A DNA stretch of 64,000 nucleotides from Micrococcales bacterium (GTDB lineage: Bacteria > Actinomycetota > Actinomycetes > Actinomycetales > WQXJ01). Both the position numbers and the translations under genes were made by a program. Location: assembly GCA_009784895.1 (NCBI GenBank), contig WQXJ01000005.1, forward strand, positions 3,495-67,494. Direction: 5' to 3'. Positions 27,760-37,358 of the stretch are shown here, one piece after another. The stretch's first letter is position 1. Each line of letters opens with the position of its first letter. The notes beneath the pieces are model-generated. The model was given only the letters and a program-made list of their open reading frames with translations. It ran no database searches and was not told where the DNA came from.

Positions 27760-28542
27760 TTAGTACTGGAGCACCAAAAAGCCCAGGAATTGGCACATTT
27801 CGGCCGGGTCCTGGACCCTGAATTGGGCCGCAGTTGTGCCCGGACCTACTCTGATTGAGACATCGGTCGCCTCGAGGGTTCGCAGCGCTAGCTCGTCAGT
27901 GACATCGTCGCCGGCAAAAGCCACCACCGAGACGTCAAGATCGGTTCGCAGCTGGCGTAGCGCGCCGGCTTTGCCGGCCGGTACAACCGAGATCTCAACC
28001 ACGTTTTTGCCAGCTAAGACGTGGCCTTGCAACTCCCGGCCCAAGTCCTCCGCCTCAGCCGAGATGCGGGCGGCGGTGCCGGCATCGGACACCAGGCGAG
28101 TGTGCAAAACGTGGGCGAACGGTTTGTGCTCTACCCAGGCGCCGGCTGGTTTGCCCGCGGTCACAACCAGTTGTTCAAGTCCTTGTTCAATCTGCTCCAG
28201 GCGCTCTTGCTGAGCGGGGCTGAGCTCCTGGGGGATCAGGCAGAGGTGCTGGTCTTTGACCTGGCCAAATTCTGCCCCATGGGAGCCGGCCAAATGAGTG
28301 CCCTCTGGTGGCAGCGCCAGTCTGGCCAGGTCATTGATGGGGCGGCCGGAAACCAGGGCCAGTTGCAGTGAGGGCACTTGGGCCAGGGCGTGAAGTGCCT
28401 TGGCGCCGGCCGGCAGAACGCGGGAGTCCTCCGGGTCGTCAACCAGTGGCGCTAGGGTGCCGTCGAAATCCAAGGCCAGCAAGGCCCGCTGGGCCCGGGT
28501 CAGGCGATCAGCCGCAGTTGACCACCAGGCCGCTGGCGTCAC
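27760..28542 (-). CDS. otsB: Trehalose-6-phosphate phosphatase (HAD family)
   Basis: HAD motif I LALDFDGTLAP and a late GDDVTDE motif. The likely GTG start at 28542 overlaps the otsA stop (GTGA). The track ORF extends to 28602. Confidence 0.85.
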   Translation of the reverse strand: MTPAAWWSTAADRLTRAQRALLALDFDGTLAPLVDDPEDSRVLPAGAKALHALAQVPSLQLALVSGRPINDLARLALPPEGTHLAGSHGAEFGQVKDQHLCLIPQELSPAQQERLEQIEQGLEQLVVTAGKPAGAWVEHKPFAHVLHTRLVSDAGTAARISAEAEDLGRELQGHVLAGKNVVEISVVPAGKAGALRQLRTDLDVSVVAFAGDDVTDELALRTLEATDVSIRVGPGTTAAQFRVQDPAEMCQFLGFLVLQY

Positions 28543-29969
28543 TGGATTTCCTGAGGTGGAAAGACCTCGGGAGCCAAGGCGTGCAAGAAGGAGCCAGCCC
28601 AAGCGTTGACGTCATTGGTCATGACGCGGCGGCGCAGGGCATGCATGCGGCGGCGTTGTTCGCGCGGCGTCATGTTGACGGCCTGGACAATGGCGGATTT
28701 CAGGCCGTTGATGTCATGTGGGTTGACCAAAACGGCTTGCTTCAGTTCCGAGGCCGCGCCGGTGAATTCCGACAAGACCAAAGCGCCGCGGCCGTCAACT
28801 CTAGTAGCGACATACTCCTTGGCCACCAGATTCATACCGTCGCGTAGGGCCGTGACCAGCATGACATCGGCCGCCAAATACATCGCCGCCATCTCTTCGA
28901 GACCCCGGTTTTGATGCAAGTAGTGGATGGCTGGTGAGGCCAGAGTGCCGAAGTCGCCTGTGATCCGGCCAACGGTGGTTTCGACTTCCTTTTTCAAACG
29001 CCTATAGGCGCTGACATTGCCGCGCGACGGGCTGGCTACTTGAACCAGGACAACCCCCGGCATGGGCAGGCGGTCTTCTCGCAGAAGCTCTTCATAGGCC
29101 TTCAAGCGGTGCGGGATGCCTTTGGTGTAGTCGAGCCTATCAACGCCAAAAAGGATGGCGTCAGGGTTGCCCAGCTCGGCCCTGATTTCTCGCGCCCTGG
29201 CCTGAACGCGCGAGCTGCGGGCCAGCGCGTCAACGGCCCCAGAGTCGATCGAAATGGGGAAGGCCATGGCTTGGACGTGCCTAAGCGCGCCGTTTTGACC
29301 GGGCACCATGATGGACTGGGAGCGAGTGGTCAATCCGGTGACGCGACGGACACAGCTTCTGAAGTTGGCCGCGTCCTGCGGCCGCTGGAAGCCCAGAATG
29401 TCGGCACCGAGCAGCCCCATCAGGATTTCGCGCCGCCAAGGTAGCTGGGCGAAGAGGGCCTCGGGCGGGAAGGGAATGTGGTTGAAGAAACCGATCCGGA
29501 CATCGGGGCGGATCTCGCGAATCATGGCCGGCACCAACTGGAGCTGGTAATCATGGACCCAGACCACACCGTTGGGGGCTACTACCTCGGCTGTGGCCTC
29601 GGCAAAACGGCGGTTGACCTGCCGGTAGGCCTCATGCCACTCGCGGTGATAGGACGGCTGGGCGATGACATCGTGATAGAGCGGCCACAGCGTCGCGTTG
29701 GAGAAGCCTTCGTAGTATTCGGCGATTTCCTGTTCACTGAGCGGCACCGAGAACGATGTCACGCCGTCAACCGTGATTGGGTCGAAGACCACATCGGCCG
29801 AGCCGGGCCAGCCGACCCAGGCGCCCCGGTGGGCTTTTAGGGCCGGTTCCATGGCCGTAACTAAGCCGCCGGGCGACCGTCCGGTGGTAACAGAACCGTC
29901 GGGATTTGTGGTCACGTCAACCGGAAGCCGGTTGGCAGTCACCACCAGGTCAAACTGGCCAACATTCAA
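28539..29969 (-). CDS. otsA: Alpha,alpha-trehalose-phosphate synthase (GT20)
   Basis: FDLVVTANRLPVD...WVHDYQLQLVP...GVDRLDYTKGI...LVNPHDI are GT20 hallmarks. Confidence 0.9.
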   Translation of the reverse strand: MNVGQFDLVVTANRLPVDVTTNPDGSVTTGRSPGGLVTAMEPALKAHRGAWVGWPGSADVVFDPITVDGVTSFSVPLSEQEIAEYYEGFSNATLWPLYHDVIAQPSYHREWHEAYRQVNRRFAEATAEVVAPNGVVWVHDYQLQLVPAMIREIRPDVRIGFFNHIPFPPEALFAQLPWRREILMGLLGADILGFQRPQDAANFRSCVRRVTGLTTRSQSIMVPGQNGALRHVQAMAFPISIDSGAVDALARSSRVQARAREIRAELGNPDAILFGVDRLDYTKGIPHRLKAYEELLREDRLPMPGVVLVQVASPSRGNVSAYRRLKKEVETTVGRITGDFGTLASPAIHYLHQNRGLEEMAAMYLAADVMLVTALRDGMNLVAKEYVATRVDGRGALVLSEFTGAASELKQAVLVNPHDINGLKSAIVQAVNMTPREQRRRMHALRRRVMTNDVNAWAGSFLHALAPEVFPPQEIQ

Positions 29970-30231
29970 TTGATGCTCCTACCGCCGGGTGGGCCGCGTC
30001 CATCGTGGCGCTACGCGCGGCTGTGACCACAGCCTCAGGGGAAGGTGTCGTCAACCGCCGCCCTCGCTGCTGGTATCTGTCACCAGCTGCTTAAGTCATG
30101 GTACTCCATCGCCTTGACTCAGCCGGTGGCACAGCCAGACTTGGTGGCCAATGGGCGCGGCCCAGTCCACCTGAGGTGGCGACGTGGCATTGTGGAAGCG
30201 GTACAGCGGCCGCCAACAGCGAGGAGCAAGT

Positions 30232-30963
30232 ATGACCGAGCCAGCGGTCGTGATAAAAGACCTAGTGGTGGTGCGCTCCGGTCGAGTGGTGCTGCCCGGA
30301 TTATCGATGGAGGTCCCAACCGGACAGATTGTCGGGTTGCTAGGACCATCAGGCGGTGGCAAGTCAACCCTGATGCGGGCCATTGTCGGTGTTCAGATCG
30401 TCAAATCCGGCCAAGTCACGGTGCTGGGCCGGCCGGCCGGAAACGCCGACTTGCGCCGCCAAGTTGGCTACATGACCCAGGAGCCGTCGGTCTACAAAGA
30501 CCTGACAATCCGGGAAAACCTGAGTTACTTTGGCGCCCTGATGGGAGCTGGTGCCAAACAGGTCGAAGCCGTTATCGAGCGAGTCCGTCTGGCCAGCCAC
30601 GCCCATCAGACAGTGGCCAATCTCTCCGGTGGGCAGCTATCAAGGGTCTCGCTGGCGGCCGCCTTACTAGGCCAGCCCAAATTGCTGGTGCTAGACGAAC
30701 CAACAGTTGGACTGGACCCGGCCCTGCGACGCGATTTGTGGGATCTGTTTCGCCAGCTGGCGGCGGAAGGTGTGACTCAGCTGCTTTCCAGCCACGTCAT
30801 GGATGAGGCCGCCCGCTGCGACCGGCTGGTCCTGCTGCGCGAAGGCCGAATTCTGGCCGACGGCACTCCAGATGGCATTTTGGCCAAAACCGGTGCGACA
30901 GATATCGAGGCAGCTTTCCTGGCCCTGGATGACGGTGCTAGGCGGGAAGGTGATCAGTTATGA
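30232..30963 (+). CDS. ABC transporter ATP-binding protein (ABC-2/DrrA-like exporter)
   Basis: Walker A GPSGGGKST, signature LSGGQLSRV, Walker B LLVLDEPT. The ATG at 30232 has GAGGAG upstream. The track ORF starts at 30184. Confidence 0.85.
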   Translation: MTEPAVVIKDLVVVRSGRVVLPGLSMEVPTGQIVGLLGPSGGGKSTLMRAIVGVQIVKSGQVTVLGRPAGNADLRRQVGYMTQEPSVYKDLTIRENLSYFGALMGAGAKQVEAVIERVRLASHAHQTVANLSGGQLSRVSLAAALLGQPKLLVLDEPTVGLDPALRRDLWDLFRQLAAEGVTQLLSSHVMDEAARCDRLVLLREGRILADGTPDGILAKTGATDIEAAFLALDDGARREGDQL

Positions 30964-31718
30964 CCGGCCGCAGCACTCTGGCCACCACCCGCCGTGTGCT
31001 CAGCCAGCTGAAACACGACCGGCGCACTATTGCCCTAATCATTGTGGTGCCGTGTGTCATTTTGGGTCTGATCGCTTGGATGTTTCACGGTCAAACCGTG
31101 CGCGGTCCTACCGGCCCGCCTGTAATTGACCAGTTTGGGCCCATGCTGTTGGCCATTTTCCCAGCTGTCATCATGTTCCTGGTGACCTCGGTAGCGACTC
31201 AACGCGAGCGCACCAGCGGCACACTCGAACGGCTTATGACCACGCCGTTGGCCAAGGCCGATTTTGTCTTTGGTTATGCCATTGCTTTCGCCATTGCCGC
31301 AGCCGTGCAGGCCACCGTGGTGACCACTTGGGCGGTTTGGGTTTGTGGCATGAACGTCAAAGGTCATGTCTGGGAAGTCGTCGTTATCGCAGTGCTGGAC
31401 GCCGTACTTGGATCGACCCTGGGCCTGGCTGCCTCATCGCTAGCTCGGACTGAATTTCAGGCAGTGCAGATGATGCCGGCCATCATCATCCCTCAACTGG
31501 TGGTTTGCGGTCTGGTAATGCCGCGCCATCAGATGCCGCAGGTGCTTCAGTGGATTTCCGATGTGGTGCCGTTCACCTACGCCATTGAGGCCACCAATAA
31601 GGTCGCTGTGGCTGGTCAGTCCCTGGTTGATGCTGGCGGAGATGTCCTGTTGGTTTTGGCCTTTGTCGCCCTGGCGCTGGGCATTGGCGTGGCCACGCTC
31701 AGGCGGCGCACACCCTAA
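30960..31718 (+). CDS. ABC-2 type transporter permease
   Basis: Six predicted hydrophobic segments. ATGA overlap with the upstream ATPase. Confidence 0.8.
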   Translation: MTGRSTLATTRRVLSQLKHDRRTIALIIVVPCVILGLIAWMFHGQTVRGPTGPPVIDQFGPMLLAIFPAVIMFLVTSVATQRERTSGTLERLMTTPLAKADFVFGYAIAFAIAAAVQATVVTTWAVWVCGMNVKGHVWEVVVIAVLDAVLGSTLGLAASSLARTEFQAVQMMPAIIIPQLVVCGLVMPRHQMPQVLQWISDVVPFTYAIEATNKVAVAGQSLVDAGGDVLLVLAFVALALGIGVATLRRRTP

Positions 31719-32407
31719 GGACGCTTGGCGAAGCGATCGAGCAGCGTTGTGTCGCCGGAGACGATCAGCAGGTCTTGGGGTGAAATCCGGGTTTGTGAGG
31801 TGGCGTATTCGAAGTCGTGGCCAGGCGATTTGACGCCAATCACATGGACGCCATACTTCTTTTGGATCTGGGATTGGGCCAAGGTAAAGCCAATGGTCTC
31901 CTTAGGCGGATGCATTTTGACCACGGTGAAGCCGTCCTCGAATTCGATGTAGTCCAGCAACCTTCCGGAAACTAGGTGGGCGACCCGTTCGCCGGCATCG
32001 GCCTCCGGCAAAATCACCTGGTGGGCGCCAATTCGGCGCAGAATGCGGGCGTGTTCAGAGGACACCGCTTTGGCCCAAACTTGCCGTAACTCCAAGTCGA
32101 CCAGATTTGAGGTGATCAAAATCGAGGTCTCCAACTGGGTGCCAACCCCAACTACGGCCACCGGGAAGTCGCGCGCGCCGAGCTGCTCAAGAGCGTCGGG
32201 GTTGGTGCAATCGGCCTGCACCATTGGCAGGCGACCGGACCAGCGCCGGATCACCTCAGGGTCCGATTCGGCCACCAGGACATCGCGGCCCAGTCGCTCG
32301 ACTGTCAGGGCTAGACGTGAGCCAAAACGGCCCAGGCCAATGACCAAGACGGCGCCGTCCGTTGGCACTTGGGCCTCAGCCGGAATGGTGTTGGTGGTTT
32401 GGTCCAT
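31715..32407 (-). CDS. trkA: Potassium uptake protein, NAD-binding subunit (TrkA/KtrA type, RCK domain)
   Basis: VLVIGLGRFGSRLA Rossmann motif. The ATG at 32407 has AAAGGA upstream. The track ORF uses TTG at 32467. Confidence 0.85.
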   Translation of the reverse strand: MDQTTNTIPAEAQVPTDGAVLVIGLGRFGSRLALTVERLGRDVLVAESDPEVIRRWSGRLPMVQADCTNPDALEQLGARDFPVAVVGVGTQLETSILITSNLVDLELRQVWAKAVSSEHARILRRIGAHQVILPEADAGERVAHLVSGRLLDYIEFEDGFTVVKMHPPKETIGFTLAQSQIQKKYGVHVIGVKSPGHDFEYATSQTRISPQDLLIVSGDTTLLDRFAKRP

Positions 32408-32459
32408 GGTCGTTCCTTTTCGTCGCTGGTGGGCAATAGCTGGCTTTGACTGACAGGGG

Positions 32460-33836
32460 CTATCCAATCATTGGGCGTTCCTCCGGCAGGCGGATCAGCC
32501 GGCGCCGGTTTGACAGCGCCACCGATGCGGCAATGGTTATGGTGCCTAGGCGGCCAGCCAACATCAAAGCGACCAATACAAGTTTGCCAATGGCGGGCAA
32601 TGTGGCTGACAGTCCGGTCGAAAGACCGCAGGTGGCAAAGGCTGAGATGGCTTCGAAGATGACGTAGTCGAGCGGGCCAACGCCCAGTAGTGACAAGGCG
32701 AAGGCCGCACTGACAACGAAGAAGACGCCGGCCACTGCCACGGTGATGGCGATGCGCAGGACTGATGGGTCGATCCTGCGGCCAAAGGCTTCCATATCCC
32801 TATCGCCTCTGGACTCGGCCAGGATGGCCAGTAGCATGACCGCCAGAGTTGTCACCTTGATGCCGCCTGCGGTCGAGGCCGAACCCCCGCCAACGAACAT
32901 CATGGCCTCTTGGACCAAAATGGTGGCGGGCCGTTCATGAGCCAATGTCCAGGTGGAAAAGCCGCCAGAGCGAGTGTTGATCGACGCAAAGACGGTGTTG
33001 AGCAGAGTATCGGGGGTCGATACTGAGCCCAGCGTGGCCGGGTTGGTCCATTCAGTAATGGAAATGACAACGACGCCGAAGACCAGCACAGCCAGGGAGA
33101 AGCTCAGTGTCAGTTTGGTGTGCAGGTTCCAGCGAGAGGGGTGTCTCAAGTGGCGTGTCACGTCGATGATGACGGGGAAGCCAAGTGAGCCAACTAGGAC
33201 ACCCAGGCCCAGCGGCACCAGCACCCACCAGTCGCCAAGATGCGGCACCAGGCCGTGTTGGGTGGGCGCCAAACCGGCGTTGTTGAACGATGAGACAGAG
33301 TAAAAGACGCCATGCCAAATCGCTTTGGGCCAAGTCTCGCCGGCTGCGGCGAAGCGTGGGATCAAGATCAGGGCAATTATGACCTCAGCCACCAGGGAGA
33401 TGACGGCAACGCCCCTGACCAGCAGGCCAACCTCGCCCAGGCGGTTTGAACCCCTTTCTGAGGCGATCATTAGCCTGGAACGCAGTCCCAGGCGACGCAT
33501 CGTTACCAGCGACAGGATTGAACTCAACGTCATGATGCCCAGTCCGCCAATTTGGATGCCCACCAGCATGGCTGCTTGGCCAAAGGAGGACCAGTATTCG
33601 GCTGTGTCGACTGAGGTCAGCCCGGTGACGCAGACCGAGGATGTGGCTGTGAACAGGGCGTCGATGAAATGCGCGGCGCGGCCGGATTGGGTCGAAATCG
33701 GCAGCCACAGCACCAAGGCCACCAGCAGGACCAATGAGGTGAAGGTCAATATCGCCAAGCGGGGTGGCGACATTTGCCGCAGGCGCTCTCTAAAGCTGCG
33801 TCTGGGCGCCTGGCCTTCTACTGCGTTGGCACGCAT
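32460..33836 (-). CDS. trkH: Potassium transporter membrane subunit (TrkH/KtrB family)
   Basis: Multi-pass membrane protein with repeated pore-loop-like GLT/GGF/GGIK segments (CVTGLTS, RSGGFST, TAGGIKVTT). Confidence 0.85.
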   Translation of the reverse strand: MRANAVEGQAPRRSFRERLRQMSPPRLAILTFTSLVLLVALVLWLPISTQSGRAAHFIDALFTATSSVCVTGLTSVDTAEYWSSFGQAAMLVGIQIGGLGIMTLSSILSLVTMRRLGLRSRLMIASERGSNRLGEVGLLVRGVAVISLVAEVIIALILIPRFAAAGETWPKAIWHGVFYSVSSFNNAGLAPTQHGLVPHLGDWWVLVPLGLGVLVGSLGFPVIIDVTRHLRHPSRWNLHTKLTLSFSLAVLVFGVVVISITEWTNPATLGSVSTPDTLLNTVFASINTRSGGFSTWTLAHERPATILVQEAMMFVGGGSASTAGGIKVTTLAVMLLAILAESRGDRDMEAFGRRIDPSVLRIAITVAVAGVFFVVSAAFALSLLGVGPLDYVIFEAISAFATCGLSTGLSATLPAIGKLVLVALMLAGRLGTITIAASVALSNRRRLIRLPEERPMIG

Positions 33837-33920
33837 GGCTTCACACTACTCACACCAGTCACTAGAGTGTGCATCTGTAACAATGATTACTCCAACGCAG
33901 GCACCGAACGAACGGCAATC

Positions 33921-34130
33921 ATGAAAAGAGACCGGCAACAGTTTTACACCGTGGCCGAGGTGGCTGAGACCATGAGGGTGTCCGGCATGACCATCTACCG
34001 CTTGATCCGTGCCGGTGAGCTCCGGGCCCTGCGCGTTGGCCACTCCTACCGGGTGCCGGAAGAAGCCCTCAACGAGTACTTGGATTCGACTGCCCAGTTC
34101 CTGACCAACGAACAGGCCGAGGGGGCCTAG
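33921..34130 (+). CDS. Excisionase-family helix-turn-helix DNA-binding protein (Rv0500A-like)
   Basis: MKRDRQQFYTVAEVAETMRVSGMTIYRLIRAGELRALRVGHSYRVPEEALNEYL. It is a conserved actinobacterial partner of the bS22 gene. The track ORF starts at 33774. Confidence 0.8.
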   Translation: MKRDRQQFYTVAEVAETMRVSGMTIYRLIRAGELRALRVGHSYRVPEEALNEYLDSTAQFLTNEQAEGA

Positions 34131-34316
34131 AAGGCACCCCGAAGCTTGGCACCTAGGTTCGGCCAAGTACCGGATCGTGCAGCTGGGGCCAGCCTCCAAG
34201 CCACTGACAGTTCCCGGTTCCAAGACTCGGGTAGAATGCCTATTTGGTTTAGCTGGCCGGCCGTCTCGCCCAGGTGAGCGGCTGGCCTGGACAATTCACC
34301 ACACTGAGAGGACCGC

Positions 34317-34415
34317 ATGGGTTCGGTTATCAAGAAGCGCCGCAAGCGGATGGCCAAGAAGAAGCACCGCAAATTGCTGCGCAAGACCCGCCACCAGCGC
34401 CGCAACAAAAAGTAG
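34317..34415 (+). CDS. 30S ribosomal protein bS22 (32-aa actinobacterial microprotein, Rv0500B-like)
   Basis: Below the track's length cutoff. My translation reads [41 protein letters not shown] lies ~7 nt upstream. Confidence 0.85.
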   Translation: MGSVIKKRRKRMAKKKHRKLLRKTRHQRRNKK

Positions 34416-34450
34416 CGACCGGCGTTCTGCCCATCTCAGATTCTGGCTGG

Positions 34451-35356
34451 CTAGGTCTGGCCTGGCTCGACGAAGCGGCACAGCTCGGCGGACACTTGAT
34501 CACCTAGCCGATGGCGCATTGTGGCCACGGCCTTTGGGTTCTGGTCAACCATGACAAAGCGGCGGTCAAGTGCCCCCGCCACCGCGCCGGTGGTGCCAGA
34601 GCCGGCAAAGCAATCCAACACCCAGTCTCCAGGATTTGATGATGCCTGGATGACGCGACGCAGCACCCCTTCAGGTTTTTGGGTGGGGTAGCCGGTTTTT
34701 TCTTTGCCGGTGGGCGAAACGATGGTGTGCCACCAGACATCGGTGGGCAACTTGCCCAAGGCCGCCTTCTCCTCAGTCACCAGGCCAGGGGCCATATAGG
34801 GTTCGCGGTCAACGGCCTCGGCGTTGAAGACGTAGCTGGTTGGATCCTTGACGTAAACCAGGATGTTGTCGTGTTTGGCCGGCCAGCGGCGCTTGGTCCG
34901 CCCGCCGTAGTCGTAGGCCCAAATGATCTCGTTTAGAAACGACTGGCGGCCAAAGAGCTGATCCAGCGCCACTTTGGCGTAGTGGACCTCACGGTAGTCC
35001 AGATGCAAATAGAACGTTCCGTCAGCTGCCAGCAGACGCCAAGCCTGCTCCAGTCGCGGCCACAAGAAAGCCCAATAGTCGGCAAAAACATCGTCAAAGT
35101 GGTGGACTTGGCCGGGCACAGTGGCATAGGTGAGACCGCGAAACCCAAGGCGCTGGCCGGCATCAGACAGCTCGGTTTTGACACTCTGACGTCGCTGGAC
35201 CCGGCCGGTGTTAAACGGCGGGTCGATGTAGATCAGACCAAAAGCCGCGTCCGGCAACCGTTCTAACACCGGCAGGTTGTCTGCCTGGATGACCAAGTTG
35301 GGACCGTCGGGCCGCCAGGCCGCGGCCGCCTTCAAAGCTGAGGCATTGCGGGTCAT
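34451..35356 (-). CDS. Site-specific DNA methyltransferase, beta-class N6A/N4C (motif IV before motif I)
   Basis: LIYIDPPFNTG (motif IV) precedes VLDCFAGSGTTGAVA (motif I). The ATG at 35356 follows the upstream gene's stop. The track ORF start at 35527 overlaps that gene. Confidence 0.8.
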   Translation of the reverse strand: MTRNASALKAAAAWRPDGPNLVIQADNLPVLERLPDAAFGLIYIDPPFNTGRVQRRQSVKTELSDAGQRLGFRGLTYATVPGQVHHFDDVFADYWAFLWPRLEQAWRLLAADGTFYLHLDYREVHYAKVALDQLFGRQSFLNEIIWAYDYGGRTKRRWPAKHDNILVYVKDPTSYVFNAEAVDREPYMAPGLVTEEKAALGKLPTDVWWHTIVSPTGKEKTGYPTQKPEGVLRRVIQASSNPGDWVLDCFAGSGTTGAVAGALDRRFVMVDQNPKAVATMRHRLGDQVSAELCRFVEPGQT

Positions 35357-35367
35357 GGCCTGGGGCC

Positions 35368-36189
35368 TTACCGGCCGGACCACAACCGACCCAGCCGGCG
35401 CCAGATTTGCCGCGTGACCAGCCAGAAGGCCCAAACCGTGCCCATCGAATAGACAGTTCGAACTGAGCGGCGCACGGCTCGGCGCCTGGCCCTGAACTCC
35501 CGCACCGGCCAGGCTGAGCGGGCGCAATAGCGCCTCAAACGCCGGTCGGGGTTGATACCGCAGGGGCTGCCCACCAGCGACAGCATTGGAATGTCATTGG
35601 CTGAATCGCCGTAGGCGAAGCTGGCCGCCAGGTCCAGCCCGCGCTCGGCGGCCAGTTCTTCAACGGCCGTGGCCTTGGCCGGACCGTGCAGCAGGCCACC
35701 GACCAGGCGACCGGTGTAGCGGCCGTCGATCCGCTCACCAATTGTGCCGCGAGCGCCGGTGGCGCCGATCCTGTCGGCAATGGTCTCAACTACTTCTGCC
35801 GGGCTGGCCGAGATCAGCCAGACCTCGTGGCCCAAGGCCAAATGCTTATCGATCAGGTCTTTGGCGCCGGGGAAAATCCGGGCAGAAAGGACCTCATCCC
35901 AGACATGCTCGGCGACTGATTCCATTACGGTCACCGGTTTGCCCGCAATCGCCTCCAGTGACTTGGTTTTGGTGGCTTCAACCCCGGCTTCAGACTCGCC
36001 AAATAGGACGTAGCGCAGGTTGATGCGGAAAAACCGGGCGACGTCCCTCAGCGAAATGACGCCGCGCTGTTTCAGGGCCACGCCCAGGTGGAACAGGCTG
36101 GCGCCGCGCAGGACGGTGTTATCGACATCAAAAAAGGCGGCCACCTGCTGGCCGTGGCCGGCCGGGGTGGGTAATTGCGCCTGTGACAT
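35368..36189 (-). CDS. HAD-IB family hydrolase (SerB-like) with C-terminal hydrophobic tail
   Basis: HAD motif I AAFFDVDNTVL, later ISASP and YGDSANDIPML motifs. ATG at 36189. Confidence 0.75.
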   Translation of the reverse strand: MSQAQLPTPAGHGQQVAAFFDVDNTVLRGASLFHLGVALKQRGVISLRDVARFFRINLRYVLFGESEAGVEATKTKSLEAIAGKPVTVMESVAEHVWDEVLSARIFPGAKDLIDKHLALGHEVWLISASPAEVVETIADRIGATGARGTIGERIDGRYTGRLVGGLLHGPAKATAVEELAAERGLDLAASFAYGDSANDIPMLSLVGSPCGINPDRRLRRYCARSAWPVREFRARRRAVRRSVRTVYSMGTVWAFWLVTRQIWRRLGRLWSGR

Positions 36190-36277
36190 CGTCCCCCAGT
36201 ATGGCTTACGCCCGGCGCCAAAGGCGAACGCCAGGGTGGTATTTGACCGATGCCGGGGCTTACTTGACACTGGGCCT

Positions 36278-36916
36278 ATGGCATCTGGCGACCTCACCAT
36301 CATTCATCTGCTTCGTCACGGCGAGGTCGACAACCCCACCGGAGTGCTCTATGAGCGGCTGCCCGGTTTCAACCTTTCCAACAACGGCCGGGCCATGGCT
36401 GAGCTGGCGGCCGCCCACCTGGCCAAACCCGGCGGCCGCACCATCACCCAGTTGTATGTCAGTCCCTTGGACCGGGCCCAGCAGACTGCCCAGCCAGTCG
36501 CTCAGGCCCTGGGCCTAGAAATCCAAACCGAACCGGATGTAATTGAGGCCCAAAGCGATTTCGTTGGCACAGTAGTTGACCTGCCGCATCTGATCCGGCC
36601 AAAAGCCCTGATCAAGCTGCGCAATCCGCGCCGGCCAAGTTGGGGCGAGCCGTTCGAGCAAATCGCCGCCAGAATGCTGGGCGCGATTGGCCGGGCTCGT
36701 CAGGCCGCACAGGGCCAGGCGGCCGTAATTGTGTCCCACCAATCCCCGATCTGGCGGGCCCGGCTCAAAGCCGAAGGCCGGCCGGTTTGGCCCATGCCGC
36801 GGGGACGGGCCTGCTCCTTGGCCTCGGTCACTTCATTGACCTACGAAGCAGACAAACTAGTTGAGGTTGGCTACGCCGAACCGGCGGCCCAGCTGCTGCC
36901 TGAAAAGCTGCGTTAG
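36278..36916 (+). CDS. Histidine phosphatase family protein (phosphoglycerate-mutase-like)
   Basis: The RHGE motif in IIHLLRHGEVDNP and a later SHQSPI motif. ATG at 36278. Confidence 0.75.
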   Translation: MASGDLTIIHLLRHGEVDNPTGVLYERLPGFNLSNNGRAMAELAAAHLAKPGGRTITQLYVSPLDRAQQTAQPVAQALGLEIQTEPDVIEAQSDFVGTVVDLPHLIRPKALIKLRNPRRPSWGEPFEQIAARMLGAIGRARQAAQGQAAVIVSHQSPIWRARLKAEGRPVWPMPRGRACSLASVTSLTYEADKLVEVGYAEPAAQLLPEKLR

Positions 36917-36932
36917 GGCTGATAGGTCAGCC
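36917..36932. terminator. Short hairpin between convergent genes
   Basis: GGCTGA tagg TCAGCC sits immediately after the stop at 36914-36916. A wider AGGTCAG...CTGACCT pairing is also possible. Confidence 0.25.
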
Positions 36933-36969
36933 GCAGGAGACCTGGGCCAAGCGGCTGTAGGCCTGACCT

Positions 36970-37299
36970 CTACTTGTCGCCCTGGCCCGATCCGCCCTGG
37001 CCGCCATTAGGTTTGCGGTTCTTGCGCTGCTGCTCGGCGATGCGACGGAGGAACTCGGGGTCGTCATCGGGCGCCAAGGGAGCGGCCGGCCGGCGCGGTC
37101 TGGGGCGGCGAGGCTTGGCAATCTTGGCCACCAGCAGCCAGGCAATAGCGCCAACGTACGGTGTCAGCAGCACAATCATGGCGATCCAGGCCAACTTAGG
37201 CACGGATGTACGTTCAACCTCGTCGTCTTGCACGCAGTCGATCAGCGCGTACAGCAGCAAAGCCGCCGGCAAGACAAAGACAAAAACGATCCGGACCAC
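36970..37299 (-). CDS. PLD-nuclease-N-terminal (PLDc_N) domain small membrane protein
   Basis: Two TM helices (VFVFVLPAALLLYALIDC and AWIAMIVLLTPYVGAIAWLLV) followed by a basic tail. Confidence 0.65.
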   Translation of the reverse strand: MVRIVFVFVLPAALLLYALIDCVQDDEVERTSVPKLAWIAMIVLLTPYVGAIAWLLVAKIAKPRRPRPRRPAAPLAPDDDPEFLRRIAEQQRKNRKPNGGQGGSGQGDK

Positions 37300-37358
37300 G
37301 CTGCTAGCCTATCGGCTGCGGCCGCGGCGGGTTATGTGCCAGTCCCCTGCCAGTTGGG

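Noticed and set aside
30045-30806. 253-aa plus-strand ORF overlapping the ABC ATPase gene in another frame
   Set aside because: It is Arg/Pro/Gly-rich with no motifs. The overlapping frame has complete Walker A, signature and Walker B motifs.
33921-34130. Excisionase-family HTH gene as a sign of a prophage or integrative element
   Set aside because: There is no integrase, att-like repeat, tRNA or phage gene nearby. This small HTH protein is the conserved chromosomal neighbour of the bS22 gene in actinobacteria.
34451-36303. Restriction-modification system around the methyltransferase
   Set aside because: The upstream gene is a clear HAD-IB hydrolase (DVDNT motif) and the other flank is bS22. 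No endonuclease-like ORF exists on either strand.
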